From a virus (taxonomy: Duplodnaviria; Caudoviricetes): a DNA stretch of 41,044 nt. This document shows positions 15,801-25,322 of the stretch, one piece after another. A program made the translations under genes and the position numbers. Positions within the stretch are counted from its first letter, which is position 1, and each line of letters starts with the position of its first letter. The notes below the pieces were generated by a model, which was not told where the DNA came from, made no database searches, and saw only the letters and a list, made by a program, of their open reading frames with translations. The stretch is from positions 1 to 41,044 of IMG/VR virus record IMGVR_UViG_3300044723_000587, one strand, 5' to 3'.

Positions 15801-18800
15801 TTTCTCATTAACTTAATAGCTTCTGACTTACTATATATATCTGCAGGTAAAGTCTTACGCATAAAGTTTCTAAGCTCTCTTTGTATTTTTCTTAATTCTT
15901 TTTTACCTTTAGTCTTAGCTCTTAATATTATTCTGGCTTTACGGATAGCCGCATTCAAGTTTGTACTTTGCTTACCACCTAAAGCTTTAGCAACATCCAT
16001 TTCTAATACCATCTGCTCAGTAGAAATTCCTTTCAGTACAGCATCAGCCATTTTTTTATACTCAGGCTGTGCTCTTAAGAAGTCCATAGCCTGATCCATT
16101 ATCTCTTGTTCGGATAGTTTGGTTTTAGCTTTAGCATTTTTAGTTATTAACTTATTATAATGATTAGAAACTTTATTAAATAATTTAATACCAGCCTTCA
16201 TACCCCCTACTATATTACCCATTGATGGTGGTATAATACTAAGAAGGTCTGCATTTACTTTCATTAAGTCTCTAACCTCAGTCTTAGTAAACTTTCTTAC
16301 TCTTGTTAAGTAATCAAGAATAGCAGGATCTGTAAAGTTTAAGTCTCTTGCTTTATTAATTATCTGTAATGGTGTATCAAACTTATTAAAAGTCTTTTGT
16401 GCTTTCTCATCTACACTTCTTTGTGCTTTTTCTTTAGTAGGTGTATATACCTTACCATCTGGTCGGATTAATTTATATCCAGTAAGCTCACCTATATCTC
16501 CTCTTTTTACTTCTACTTTGAACCCTAATGAGTTTGCCCAGTCTTCTAAAGCTACTCTATTAACTCCTGGCTTATTAAAGATAACACCATTCTTTTTCAT
16601 CTCATACATCTTAGCCAGTCTATCTACTGAAGCTTTCTGTGCTTTTTCAGAAGCCTCATTACGCATAGAGTATTGTGGGCGAAACACACCTTTATAATCA
16701 GTACGACCACCTATAACTATTGCATCACCATCTTTAACTAATCTTTGCCACACTCCTTGGGAAGCATCGTTAGTATACCGAGATGATACTAATGTCTTAC
16801 CTTTAGCCTCCATTGCTTTAGCTATCTCTCTATACATATCAGGAGCTAATCCTAATCCTCTGTCAAAATTTTTGATATACACTTGGGATACACTTGGTGT
16901 AGATGTTTGTAGTTCAGATGTAGAAAGTTCTCCTGCTCTTCTAATCCCTTTCATTAATACAAATTCTCCTTTACCTGTTTCTTTTACAGAATAACCATCA
17001 GGGAGTTGTGCTTTCTCACTTTTCTTTATCTTTTTATTTTTACTTAACCATTTTGCATCAGGAACAAATTTCTTTGGTTTATTTGCTTCTGTAAAGTATT
17101 CAATCTTACCTCTTCCATACACTCTGTGTCCAACAATAGTAGCCTCTTCTACAGATCTAACTGGACGGTTGCCCTCAGCTGTCACAAACAAACCACCTCT
17201 CATAGGATTAAACCTAATTTCTACACCATCAAAGTTAGTGTCAGCAAGAGACACGTCTTGGTAAAGTCCATCAACTGAAGCTATAGGAGTTTTATGAGTG
17301 TAACCCTCCTTTATCTTATATACACCTTCTTGATGAACATTGAGGTACACATCTTTTAATGTTACAGCTGGAGCATAGTTTATTGCGGTACCCTTAAAGA
17401 ATCCTGATATACCATCTACTCTTTTATATTTATCGCTAACCTGTCCTTGATGTACAGTTTGAATAGGAATCCCTTTATTTTTTAATACATTTAGATTTAA
17501 CCTAACTCCAACCTTTTCACCTTTCTTCGGTTGTAATCCTTTAGCTATAACTTCTACTGATTTTGTATCACTATTTAAGGCTGCGTCTACTTCGGCTTGA
17601 GTAAAATCAAAACTTCTTTTCTGAGCTTTCTCTGGGTATAATATTTCCAGATCTTGCTCTGTAATTACTTGTGCTTTTTCTTTTATTGGTGCACCCTCTA
17701 CATTAATATCTTTAGGAACCTTAGCAACATACTGTCCACCCATTGCAGAACGAGCAGCTACAGGTTTCGTTCTTTTACCTAAAAGAGTTTGATTACCAGA
17801 AACTGGTTTTGCTTTTGGATAAACCTTTCTAACATCTACTGCATTATTAAATACCATCATAGGTTTACCAGGTAATGCCCATGGGTATGCTGGATGATAT
17901 CCAGGATCACCTTCATTTAATTTAAAAGGTTTACCATCTTGGTCAAACTCTATAGCTGAAATTATATCTCCATATTGAATTTTCTTAAGAGATGGATCAT
18001 TAACTACACTCTCTATATCCCCATCAATAGTTTTTTTCGCTTCAAAAGGATAGATGCCAAACTTATTATATGACTCTGCACTCATAAATTTTCTTGCAAA
18101 CTGACCTCTTACTTCAAAATTTGTAGTTTTAAATAAATCTTGTATCTCTTGGTAATTTTTAATTTGTGTTGGTAATCCATTCTTTTTTAAATATGTAGTA
18201 ATTTTACCATCTCCTCCATCTTTAGTTTTATCAGCAAGTTTTTTATTTATATAATCTACCATTTCTTTTGGTGATGCACCCTTTTCTATTGCATTTTCAA
18301 TCTCTGCATTTAAGAAATCATAAAATTGTAGATTACCTGTAATACCATCTGAAGCCTGAGACATAACAAGTCCCACACCATCACTTTCTTTAGCTTTATT
18401 TAAAACTTTATTAGCTGCTGATTCAGCAGAAAATACCCAAACAGCATTACTTCCTTGAGACTCCGAGCCATAAGGATATAGGTATCCTCCGTTAAACATA
18501 AACTCTAAGCCTGATGGGCTTTCTATATTACCATAAGTAGCTTGGTCTGCAGCAAAAACAAAAGCATTCACTCCACTAAGATCGTTAATAGAACCACGTT
18601 TTATTTTACTCATATCAATACCACCCCTATCTTTTTGGTTTTTTTCTGTTACCTCTAAGTCAATAGACGGACCATCATCAGGAATATTTTCAGGCACAGG
18701 ACCTTCAGCATCTTCTACTACCTCTCCAGGAATCACTTCTATATCTCCCTCTGTAACTTCTGTTCCTTCTCTTACTTTCTTAGATACTGTGTTGAAGAAG

Positions 18801-21800
18801 TCAATCATATCAGCCTCTTCCTTAGTAAACTCTGTTATGTTAACAGGTAAACCAACAGCTTTAGCTGCTTTCTGTAACCATCTCTTTACTATATTTTTAG
18901 TTGGACCATCTAACTGCGTATAAGCTGCAGATAAATATCCAAACAACTCAGACACTTGCTCTTCATTTTGTTCTTCAATAGCATAGTCTTTAGCGAAATC
19001 TTCTATAACTTCTTTCAGATTGGAATCTTTAGGCATTGCTTTTACTACCGCATCTAACATTCGCTTTGTAACTTTACTAAAGTCTGCATTGATTCCCAGT
19101 TTCTTTAATAGCACTGCGTGCATAACCTCATGGGCAACAGTTCTGGTATTAGCCTTAGGAGCGTTGATATGAATAGTATTAGTTGTGGGAGAAAAGGTTC
19201 CTCGTGTTCCTTTGTTTGCTTCACTAACTGCTTGATTATAAGCGTCTTCTGTAGCGTGAAGCACAATATTGGCATTAGGCATTAACTTAGCAATAGCCTT
19301 ACCTGCATTCTTAGCTTGTCTTAATAAAGAAGGAAGAATCCTTACTGCTTTAGGATCACCTGCAGTTTCAGTTACACTTACATTTTCACTTACACTTACA
19401 CCTGGTAGTGTTACCTTTGTCCCATCATTTTTTTCTATAGTAACATTATCATTTTCACTATCTACTTCAACTCCTTTAGTTTTAACCTTAGAATCAGTTT
19501 GTTCAGGAGTTCCTTCTTGCTCCTGCATACCTGTTTGTTCATTAAATATAGATGTTAAATCTTCTACTTCCTCTTGCGTCTGCGAGTCAATATCTGTTTC
19601 ACTTTCGATACTTTCCTGGGTAGGCTCCCCTTGGGTGTCTCGCTCTCCCACTTCTTGGCTACCCTCGGTAGATTCTTGTACATCCACTTTCTTTGGGCTT
19701 GACTTTTGAATGGCATCTCTTTTAGTTTTAATTTGTTCAGGAGTTGGGTTCTCTACTCCCTCCTCTTTTAATTCATTTATTGCCTGAGTATTTAACTCAG
19801 TCTCTTGTGCTTCTTGTTGGTTTTGTATATTACCAGATCGAACTATTCTTTCTACATCATTCTCTAAATCTAACAACTCTTGTTGTTGTCTTTTAGTTAA
19901 TTGTTTATTATATTTATCTATATCATCTTGAAGTTCTTGCTGTCTTAAAAGATTACCAAGTAACTCTTTCTTTTGATTAGTAGGAAGGTCAGATGGTATT
20001 TGATCCATAACACCATTAACTTTATCATACATATCAATTTCACGCTGTCCTTCCTCTTTAGTAATTTCATTATTTAAAATACGCTCTTTAGTTTTTTGAA
20101 TAAATGCGTCTCTTACTACAGGCTCCTTATGAACCTGCTCATACATCTCAAAAACACCATCTCCTAAACCAGTGAAATCTCCAGCTGTTGCTGTCTGTAT
20201 AATAGCAGAAGGCGTACCAATTACAAATCCTCCCACTGCTTCCTGTAGCCCTGCTCTGATTACTTGCTTTACTCCATCACCAAAAGATTCAGGAGTTCTA
20301 AACATTTCTTTTTCTTTATTATAATTATAAGCTTCTTTAAAACCTATGTCAGCAATCTCTTGTGCAAGCCCCGTCTCAAACTCAGCTAATCCAGAAGCTG
20401 TAACTAACAGAAGTCCTTGCCCCATAAGGTTGTTAACCTCTTTCTTTACTACTTGTCTAAAGCTTTGCCCTGTAATATCTTTACCACTTTTCTTTAGTGC
20501 CAGTAATAATATTTTACTTGCCAAACCTTTCTGAGCAATAGCATTTCTAAACCCAAGGTTTTCTAATACACCTACCACTATACCTAAAGGTACAGTAAAC
20601 ATAGTCTTCTCAGCTTCACTTATATCTGCAAAGTCAGGATCATTTTCCATCTCCTCATTAATATGGTCTTCTACTTGAGATATCATATTAAATATTCTAA
20701 CAGGAGCAGGCCCTAACATAGCTGGTATAGATTCAGTTACTCCTATCAGGGCTCCTCCCCAAAAACCTTTTTTAGCTTCTTGAGTAGCCTCCTCAGTAGT
20801 TTCATCCATACCTAACCCATACCTTAAACCTCTACGCCCAGCCTCTAACATTCCCATTTTCTCGTCATACTTTGGATCGTTAGCAAACTGAGAGAACGGA
20901 TTAGCGTACACATTATCTCCAGGCTTTACATCGTACTTTATTTCTTTACGAACCTCATCTAATATTTTAGATTCTATATCATCTAATAAAGTTGTAGTTA
21001 CTTTTTGAGTAGAAGCAGATGTACCGTCTTTTATAGATCCTGCTGATTTAATTTCTGTAGTAGTTCCTGGAGTTTTTTCTATTAACTTTAAAAATCTTTC
21101 ATACTCTTCATCATTAGAAATAATTTCTTGTATTCTTTCTTCCGTATAAGTGTCTCCTAATAAACCAGCTTCTTTTGCTTTAGTTAACACTTTGGTTCTA
21201 TACTCATTCTGAGACATTAAGCCTCCTTCTGCAGGTGCCATATAAGTACCTATATCAATCATCCTATTCATTTGTTGAGTTCCTATACGAGCCGAACCCT
21301 CTAATAAAGCATTATAACCAAAACCCGCTATACTACTTTGCTCACTACGCATCTCGTACCATCCGCCTACAACCTCATCTAATTCTTTTCCTTTTACTGC
21401 TAAATTCTTTTTAGATATTGCAATATTTTGAGAGGCTAAAGCTATTTTTTCTGCAAGAACTTTAGGAGTTGTAGCCATTTGCTGCCCGTCAGGGCCTTCT
21501 ACATATACCACCTCGTTAGGATCCATGTCAGATAAATTATTTTTATCATAAAAGTTTTTAGCCATTAAGTATTCACTGTACTCATCTCTAAGAGAATTGG
21601 TTTCAGTATTTAAATCCTTAACCATATTCTCTACATCTTGCTTTCCTTGAATCTTTTGTTGTTTCTTTACATAGCCAGCCTCTAATTGGTGTAACTTAGT
21701 GCTCTCTTCTTTATTGTCTTTTAAAAATTGTTTTAACTCATCAGAATATTTACCCTTAAAAAACAAAGCATCTAATTCTACTTTTAATGTTTCTCCATTA

Positions 21801-22516
21801 GCGGCAGACACTGTCATCTCATTACCTGTAAAATCTGCTTCAGTAAAAGTAAACCCATAGTCATTAAAATGATAGTTCATTAATGGAACTACATTCTCTT
21901 CTGTCTTAGAAATAAGGTCTGGTGTAATCTGTTGCAGGGACTCATCAAAAAAATCACTTGGCTGCTCAACAACCTCTTCAGTGGTATCTACTTTAAATAA
22001 TCCTTTATAATTAGGATCGCTACGCTCCTCTTGTGTAGACTGAGTTATAAGGCTTTTTAATCCACCCCAACTTTCAGGCTCATACCCTTTAACTAATCGT
22101 GGTTTTATTAAATCTTCAGGATTTACTTGGTTGCCCTGCCCTATATTTATGGTTTCTTCTTCAGTTTCTTCAACACCAAATTCAGGGGCACCTTCAGTTA
22201 TCGCACTATCAACTTGTTCATTACTTGGCTGAAGAGAAGGCTCCGATGAGCCAGGTTCTTGAATGTCCTCGATACTTGATACCATAACTTCCTCTTCTCC
22301 AGTACCATTGCCAACGGGATTTTTTTTTTCACCGATACCAAATAAAGTTACAAAGTCATTAACAGTTCCTTTATAACCTGTATTGACAAAGTATTTATAT
22401 GTATCATTAACAGCATCTCCATTAGTATTAAGGAGTGTTTTATAATCATCTATTGTACCTTGGTATCCTGTCTTTACAAAATATTTGTACCCGTCATTGA
22501 TTGCTTCTTCGTTCAT
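12842..22516 (-). CDS. Giant internal virion/ejection protein (large polyvalent protein-like) with zincin metallopeptidase and GNAT modules
   Basis: 3224 aa, last of the ejection cluster; RGTF..IHIN..TVAHEVMH..EEQNEEQVSE; RGLGLAPDMY..VWQRL GNAT pattern; Gly/Ala hydrophobic helices. Confidence 0.8.
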   Translation of the reverse strand: MNEEAINDGYKYFVKTGYQGTIDDYKTLLNTNGDAVNDTYKYFVNTGYKGTVNDFVTLFGIGEKKNPVGNGTGEEEVMVSSIEDIQEPGSSEPSLQPSNEQVDSAITEGAPEFGVEETEEETINIGQGNQVNPEDLIKPRLVKGYEPESWGGLKSLITQSTQEERSDPNYKGLFKVDTTEEVVEQPSDFFDESLQQITPDLISKTEENVVPLMNYHFNDYGFTFTEADFTGNEMTVSAANGETLKVELDALFFKGKYSDELKQFLKDNKEESTKLHQLEAGYVKKQQKIQGKQDVENMVKDLNTETNSLRDEYSEYLMAKNFYDKNNLSDMDPNEVVYVEGPDGQQMATTPKVLAEKIALASQNIAISKKNLAVKGKELDEVVGGWYEMRSEQSSIAGFGYNALLEGSARIGTQQMNRMIDIGTYMAPAEGGLMSQNEYRTKVLTKAKEAGLLGDTYTEERIQEIISNDEEYERFLKLIEKTPGTTTEIKSAGSIKDGTSASTQKVTTTLLDDIESKILDEVRKEIKYDVKPGDNVYANPFSQFANDPKYDEKMGMLEAGRRGLRYGLGMDETTEEATQEAKKGFWGGALIGVTESIPAMLGPAPVRIFNMISQVEDHINEEMENDPDFADISEAEKTMFTVPLGIVVGVLENLGFRNAIAQKGLASKILLLALKKSGKDITGQSFRQVVKKEVNNLMGQGLLLVTASGLAEFETGLAQEIADIGFKEAYNYNKEKEMFRTPESFGDGVKQVIRAGLQEAVGGFVIGTPSAIIQTATAGDFTGLGDGVFEMYEQVHKEPVVRDAFIQKTKERILNNEITKEEGQREIDMYDKVNGVMDQIPSDLPTNQKKELLGNLLRQQELQDDIDKYNKQLTKRQQQELLDLENDVERIVRSGNIQNQQEAQETELNTQAINELKEEGVENPTPEQIKTKRDAIQKSSPKKVDVQESTEGSQEVGERDTQGEPTQESIESETDIDSQTQEEVEDLTSIFNEQTGMQEQEGTPEQTDSKVKTKGVEVDSENDNVTIEKNDGTKVTLPGVSVSENVSVTETAGDPKAVRILPSLLRQAKNAGKAIAKLMPNANIVLHATEDAYNQAVSEANKGTRGTFSPTTNTIHINAPKANTRTVAHEVMHAVLLKKLGINADFSKVTKRMLDAVVKAMPKDSNLKEVIEDFAKDYAIEEQNEEQVSELFGYLSAAYTQLDGPTKNIVKRWLQKAAKAVGLPVNITEFTKEEADMIDFFNTVSKKVREGTEVTEGDIEVIPGEVVEDAEGPVPENIPDDGPSIDLEVTEKNQKDRGGIDMSKIKRGSINDLSGVNAFVFAADQATYGNIESPSGLEFMFNGGYLYPYGSESQGSNAVWVFSAESAANKVLNKAKESDGVGLVMSQASDGITGNLQFYDFLNAEIENAIEKGASPKEMVDYINKKLADKTKDGGDGKITTYLKKNGLPTQIKNYQEIQDLFKTTNFEVRGQFARKFMSAESYNKFGIYPFEAKKTIDGDIESVVNDPSLKKIQYGDIISAIEFDQDGKPFKLNEGDPGYHPAYPWALPGKPMMVFNNAVDVRKVYPKAKPVSGNQTLLGKRTKPVAARSAMGGQYVAKVPKDINVEGAPIKEKAQVITEQDLEILYPEKAQKRSFDFTQAEVDAALNSDTKSVEVIAKGLQPKKGEKVGVRLNLNVLKNKGIPIQTVHQGQVSDKYKRVDGISGFFKGTAINYAPAVTLKDVYLNVHQEGVYKIKEGYTHKTPIASVDGLYQDVSLADTNFDGVEIRFNPMRGGLFVTAEGNRPVRSVEEATIVGHRVYGRGKIEYFTEANKPKKFVPDAKWLSKNKKIKKSEKAQLPDGYSVKETGKGEFVLMKGIRRAGELSTSELQTSTPSVSQVYIKNFDRGLGLAPDMYREIAKAMEAKGKTLVSSRYTNDASQGVWQRLVKDGDAIVIGGRTDYKGVFRPQYSMRNEASEKAQKASVDRLAKMYEMKKNGVIFNKPGVNRVALEDWANSLGFKVEVKRGDIGELTGYKLIRPDGKVYTPTKEKAQRSVDEKAQKTFNKFDTPLQIINKARDLNFTDPAILDYLTRVRKFTKTEVRDLMKVNADLLSIIPPSMGNIVGGMKAGIKLFNKVSNHYNKLITKNAKAKTKLSEQEIMDQAMDFLRAQPEYKKMADAVLKGISTEQMVLEMDVAKALGGKQSTNLNAAIRKARIILRAKTKGKKELRKIQRELRNFMRKTLPADIYSKSEAIKLMRKIEQANKDNINEIMNEVMEFAAQKNNVRLHKSIDDLLDPKNTLKKISNILKGVKIDETTRKRLASLKKRIDDGSLATQDKVLEYIYKLETEYDNINKQPEKTEGDYTAMSDLQIIMNMVKANNLMSNEDITKVNVLAGVETELKQIITAGRTILKEQLRKAHLEYQRQFEQVFLDVTGRTESFKDQAKKQLKEEGVENPTEAEIQDKITDIIENIKDTKDSRGRDESGTSKKKIKVKERFKKLTNNIVQRLGNVMAKNSDLFLLMDKISLLPAELFEGNTQEEVTKKIDAANREMKGRMLMNDALIISKFQELFGKKYKSIVTSFGRKTEAIDLPDGTEMVLSPNQMYYLYNQYKDSSNHPGLQKTFSTDEKGVAKVMNEITTRLESEQYKNLKEFADWQVDILYPMLYNHYNEAYQDIYRTQMPYNVNYAGMVYREGQEAEGVNLIPGADGGKIQYHNVVAANSTKMREQNKKKIRAMDGTNVLYTYMRDMEYFSAYARPVNDINKLFTNDVIKSEIERLHGKPTMDAITAAIQKIANKGTFKENAQMDNAVDIMQDLFILSRLGINPVVTLKQLTSFITYASDIGYGNWMKNAALSRFGKGKDVKAIWKEISENSTYLQDRDAKSMTKAIEMYSDDAMESVFPDITIGGKRLMTGANKESLINILMYTTKVGDRGAIYLGGVPNYVYYKNKALEAGKTEQEAIDEAIVKFERDTKRSQQSTDLQDRDYYQTKGPIFRALNMFLTTPKQYLRKEVYALRNMYRLMSSGGKSGKGTKTDAGRIFLTYHVIMPVFFQFVANGMPGLLADWEDEDAKDLGMAAILGNINALFIYGEFAVKIKDLIIGKPQSFLKFKNLPILTQGEEIFQRFARYRDTKDPKKKQEALYKALAETSQITGLPVNNVRKIFKNMEQLIEGGEDPAKVIMRLFNFSEYQIQNEAERKRNKKSKRKAKKKADSNPMISGDPMNSEDPMNDKTDPMLYKNPME

Positions 22517-22523
22517 ATATTAT

Positions 22524-24530
22524 TTAGTTGTATTTACTCCCATCTCCTTTAGATGATCCACCACTACCTGTAGTTCCTGAGTTTTGATTATTTACAGCGG
22601 TCTCAATAGAGTCTTGCATAAAGTTTACAATATCTTGTACACTATCTCCTTCACTATAAATATTATCATATATAAACTCTTGTCCTCCAATAGTAAAGAC
22701 ACCGTTACCATTTACAATTTTTAAACTACCACCACCTTCAAGACCACGTGGCATTATCTCGTCCATATCCATAAGTTTATTAAATTCTTGCTCTACTTGT
22801 CCTATAGGATCAGACATAGAATGTAAAGTACTACCTAACTCACCTTTCATATAATCAGAAGGGCTAACCTCTTCGCCATCCGCATTAGTTACATTCATTC
22901 TCTTATAAACAATCTTATCTTTCACTCCTTCACCTCCAGCTCCTGTATTACCTACCCCTCTTGATAAGTCGCCTGTATAATCTGATTCTGCAATATCATA
23001 CTTAGTAGCTCCCTTTGGAGTAATCTTTTCATAGATTTCTCTCTTAAGTTGCTGACCACTTTTTAGAGTACCATCATCATTATAAGCATCTATAATCCTA
23101 TCTTGTTGCCCGTCTACTTTAATAGTAAAGTCTGTGATTTTACCCTCAGTAGCTAATCTATTTTTCTCTGCTTCTAATTCTTCAGCGGTAGCATTAGGGT
23201 TAGCCTCTTTAAATGTATTTAACTTTACTTCTTGTTGTTCTTCACTTAACAGCTCTACGTTTCTATCAATATTTGTTAATCGTGGAGCATTAGGATTATT
23301 TTTATTAATATCGTCAATTAAGTTTTGAGCACCAGCCGCAGATTCAGCAGCAGATCCTGACACAACCATATCTACATTTTTAATATAAACTGAAGCAACT
23401 TTTTTTCTATCTCCTAATCCTATTTCAGAAGATGTTGCAGCTCTTGGTTGAGCCAGTCCTTTAACACTTTGTTCTTTAGAGTAATCAAGAGCTCCTGTTA
23501 TTTGTGCTCTTGCATATTCTTTAGCAGCCTTATCTTGAGTCTCATTAAACTTTGGCTTGTATAAATTATCCTCACCAAATTCCATAACAAGATATGGGTT
23601 GTTTTTTTCATCACCACCATTCTCTTCCATCCATCTGTCATAATCTTCCTCTCCACCTACCTCATACTTAGTACCATTAGGTGTTGTTAAATTACCATTA
23701 ACAATCATGGACTGAACATTATATGGAGAAGAAGTAAGCTGGTCTACCTTAAGACTTAAAAAATCATTCCCGTCTTTAGTTCCAAAAAATTCTTCCTCAG
23801 CTCTGCTTTTCATTTCTTTTGTTATCACAACATTAGGACCATACTGTTTTCTAATCATTGTAGTGGTAACAGTACCCATCTCATCCTTGATAGCTAACAC
23901 CTCTTTACCTATATCAAAATTATCAATCTGTTGCTTCATAAGTAAAGTCATCCTTTGAACACTCATACTCTCTCCAGGTATTGGGTTTCCTTCATCATCT
24001 GTTCTTAACATAACCATATCCCCCGTTTCAGGATCAGCTTGTAAACTCATATTATTCATATTAGCAAAGCCCTCTAACTGCTCAGCTATCCACTGTTCCC
24101 CTGGAGCACCTGTTCCGTCTTGCACTCTTGTGGTATACTCTTTAAAAGTATTGTCAAATTGTTCAGCATTCTTTTTAACTAAATCAAATCCAGTTTTTAA
24201 ATTGTGTTGAAACATCGTATAGTCAGCAGGCTTAGCTAATCCTCTCTTAACTAAATTATAAAACTCTTGTTCTTTATTAGCAGCATCTTGACCACCGTTC
24301 ATAACAAACTGCTGAATAGTAGGGTTGTCATACTCACCAATATCTTGTAATGCTTTTTGTTGGTCTTGATAACTTTTCTCAATTGCATCTTTTTTTGCTT
24401 GTCTTGTATCACGAATTCCTTCAAAAGTTGTCGTAATATCTTTTGCAGCTTTACCCCAATCTACTGTTGATGCTGGGTCTTGTCTTTGATATACATCAAA
24501 GTCTATTTCTTTTTTACTTGGTATTGCCAT
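22524..24530 (-). CDS. Putative internal virion (ejection) protein
   Basis: 668 aa, helical N-terminus, lies between the pilot-like and giant proteins. Confidence 0.65.
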   Translation of the reverse strand: MAIPSKKEIDFDVYQRQDPASTVDWGKAAKDITTTFEGIRDTRQAKKDAIEKSYQDQQKALQDIGEYDNPTIQQFVMNGGQDAANKEQEFYNLVKRGLAKPADYTMFQHNLKTGFDLVKKNAEQFDNTFKEYTTRVQDGTGAPGEQWIAEQLEGFANMNNMSLQADPETGDMVMLRTDDEGNPIPGESMSVQRMTLLMKQQIDNFDIGKEVLAIKDEMGTVTTTMIRKQYGPNVVITKEMKSRAEEEFFGTKDGNDFLSLKVDQLTSSPYNVQSMIVNGNLTTPNGTKYEVGGEEDYDRWMEENGGDEKNNPYLVMEFGEDNLYKPKFNETQDKAAKEYARAQITGALDYSKEQSVKGLAQPRAATSSEIGLGDRKKVASVYIKNVDMVVSGSAAESAAGAQNLIDDINKNNPNAPRLTNIDRNVELLSEEQQEVKLNTFKEANPNATAEELEAEKNRLATEGKITDFTIKVDGQQDRIIDAYNDDGTLKSGQQLKREIYEKITPKGATKYDIAESDYTGDLSRGVGNTGAGGEGVKDKIVYKRMNVTNADGEEVSPSDYMKGELGSTLHSMSDPIGQVEQEFNKLMDMDEIMPRGLEGGGSLKIVNGNGVFTIGGQEFIYDNIYSEGDSVQDIVNFMQDSIETAVNNQNSGTTGSGGSSKGDGSKYN

Positions 24531-24544
24531 AGTTTATTTATCTA

Positions 24545-25321
24545 TTAAGATTGCATATAATCCATTCCTAAATCACTTTGAAACTCAAACTGATTATCTA
24601 CTTTATTAAATAATGCTCGTCCTTTTTCAGCATCTCTAAGTTGTTTGTATTGATCTCTGGAATAATCATTAGCCCCTAACTGAGCTGCAAACTGAGCATC
24701 AGTCATACCCTCAGGTTTCTGATCTGCATATTGTGATGCTAATTTAGCACCCCTTCTATCTGCTTTACTCTGTCCATATAAAGGCACTAATGATGCTGCT
24801 GAAGTAAGAGCCCCTCCTACACCCGCAATACCCTGCTCAATACCTGCAGCTCTTGCCGCTTCTGCATCTCTCATTCTCATGTTCTGCTCTCTTGCTGCAG
24901 CTACATCCATCTGTATAAGCTGTTGGTTTATAGCGTCTTTAGATTCAGCTTTCATTTTATTTAAATCTGAAATTTCTTCCCCCATTTTAATACGAGTTTG
25001 TTCCGCTCCTGCTTGAGCCTGAGCCCCAACCCTACCTACTCCAGCTGCTAAAGCCCTTGCATCTCCTTCTTGCAAAGCCTCAACCGCTTGCTGTTGTTGT
25101 GCTAAATTAGTTTCAAACTCCGCTTCATATGCATCCATAGGAACATTCAGTCCTGCAAAATAATCTTTCTCTGCCTTTGCTTTTGCTTCAGACATTGCCT
25201 TTGCTGCTGCTGTATTTGCTTCTTCTGCTAATCTTTTTTGTTTAGCTGCTGCGCTAAATCCTTGTACCGCAGATGCTCCTGCTGACGCTATTCCTACTAC
25301 TGCTGTTGTTACTGCTGCCAT
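24545..25321 (-). CDS. Putative DNA pilot/ejection protein
   Basis: Ala/Gly/Gln-rich, hydrophobic N-terminus, coiled coils; canonical podovirus position. Confidence 0.7.
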   Translation of the reverse strand: MAAVTTAVVGIASAGASAVQGFSAAAKQKRLAEEANTAAAKAMSEAKAKAEKDYFAGLNVPMDAYEAEFETNLAQQQQAVEALQEGDARALAAGVGRVGAQAQAGAEQTRIKMGEEISDLNKMKAESKDAINQQLIQMDVAAAREQNMRMRDAEAARAAGIEQGIAGVGGALTSAASLVPLYGQSKADRRGAKLASQYADQKPEGMTDAQFAAQLGANDYSRDQYKQLRDAEKGRALFNKVDNQFEFQSDLGMDYMQS

Positions 25322-25322
25322 A

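Noticed and set aside
12842-22516. Giant protein as a crAss-like virion RNA polymerase
   Set aside because: I found no DxDxD/DFDxD catalytic motif; it shows peptidase and GNAT modules instead, and host-type promoters are present.
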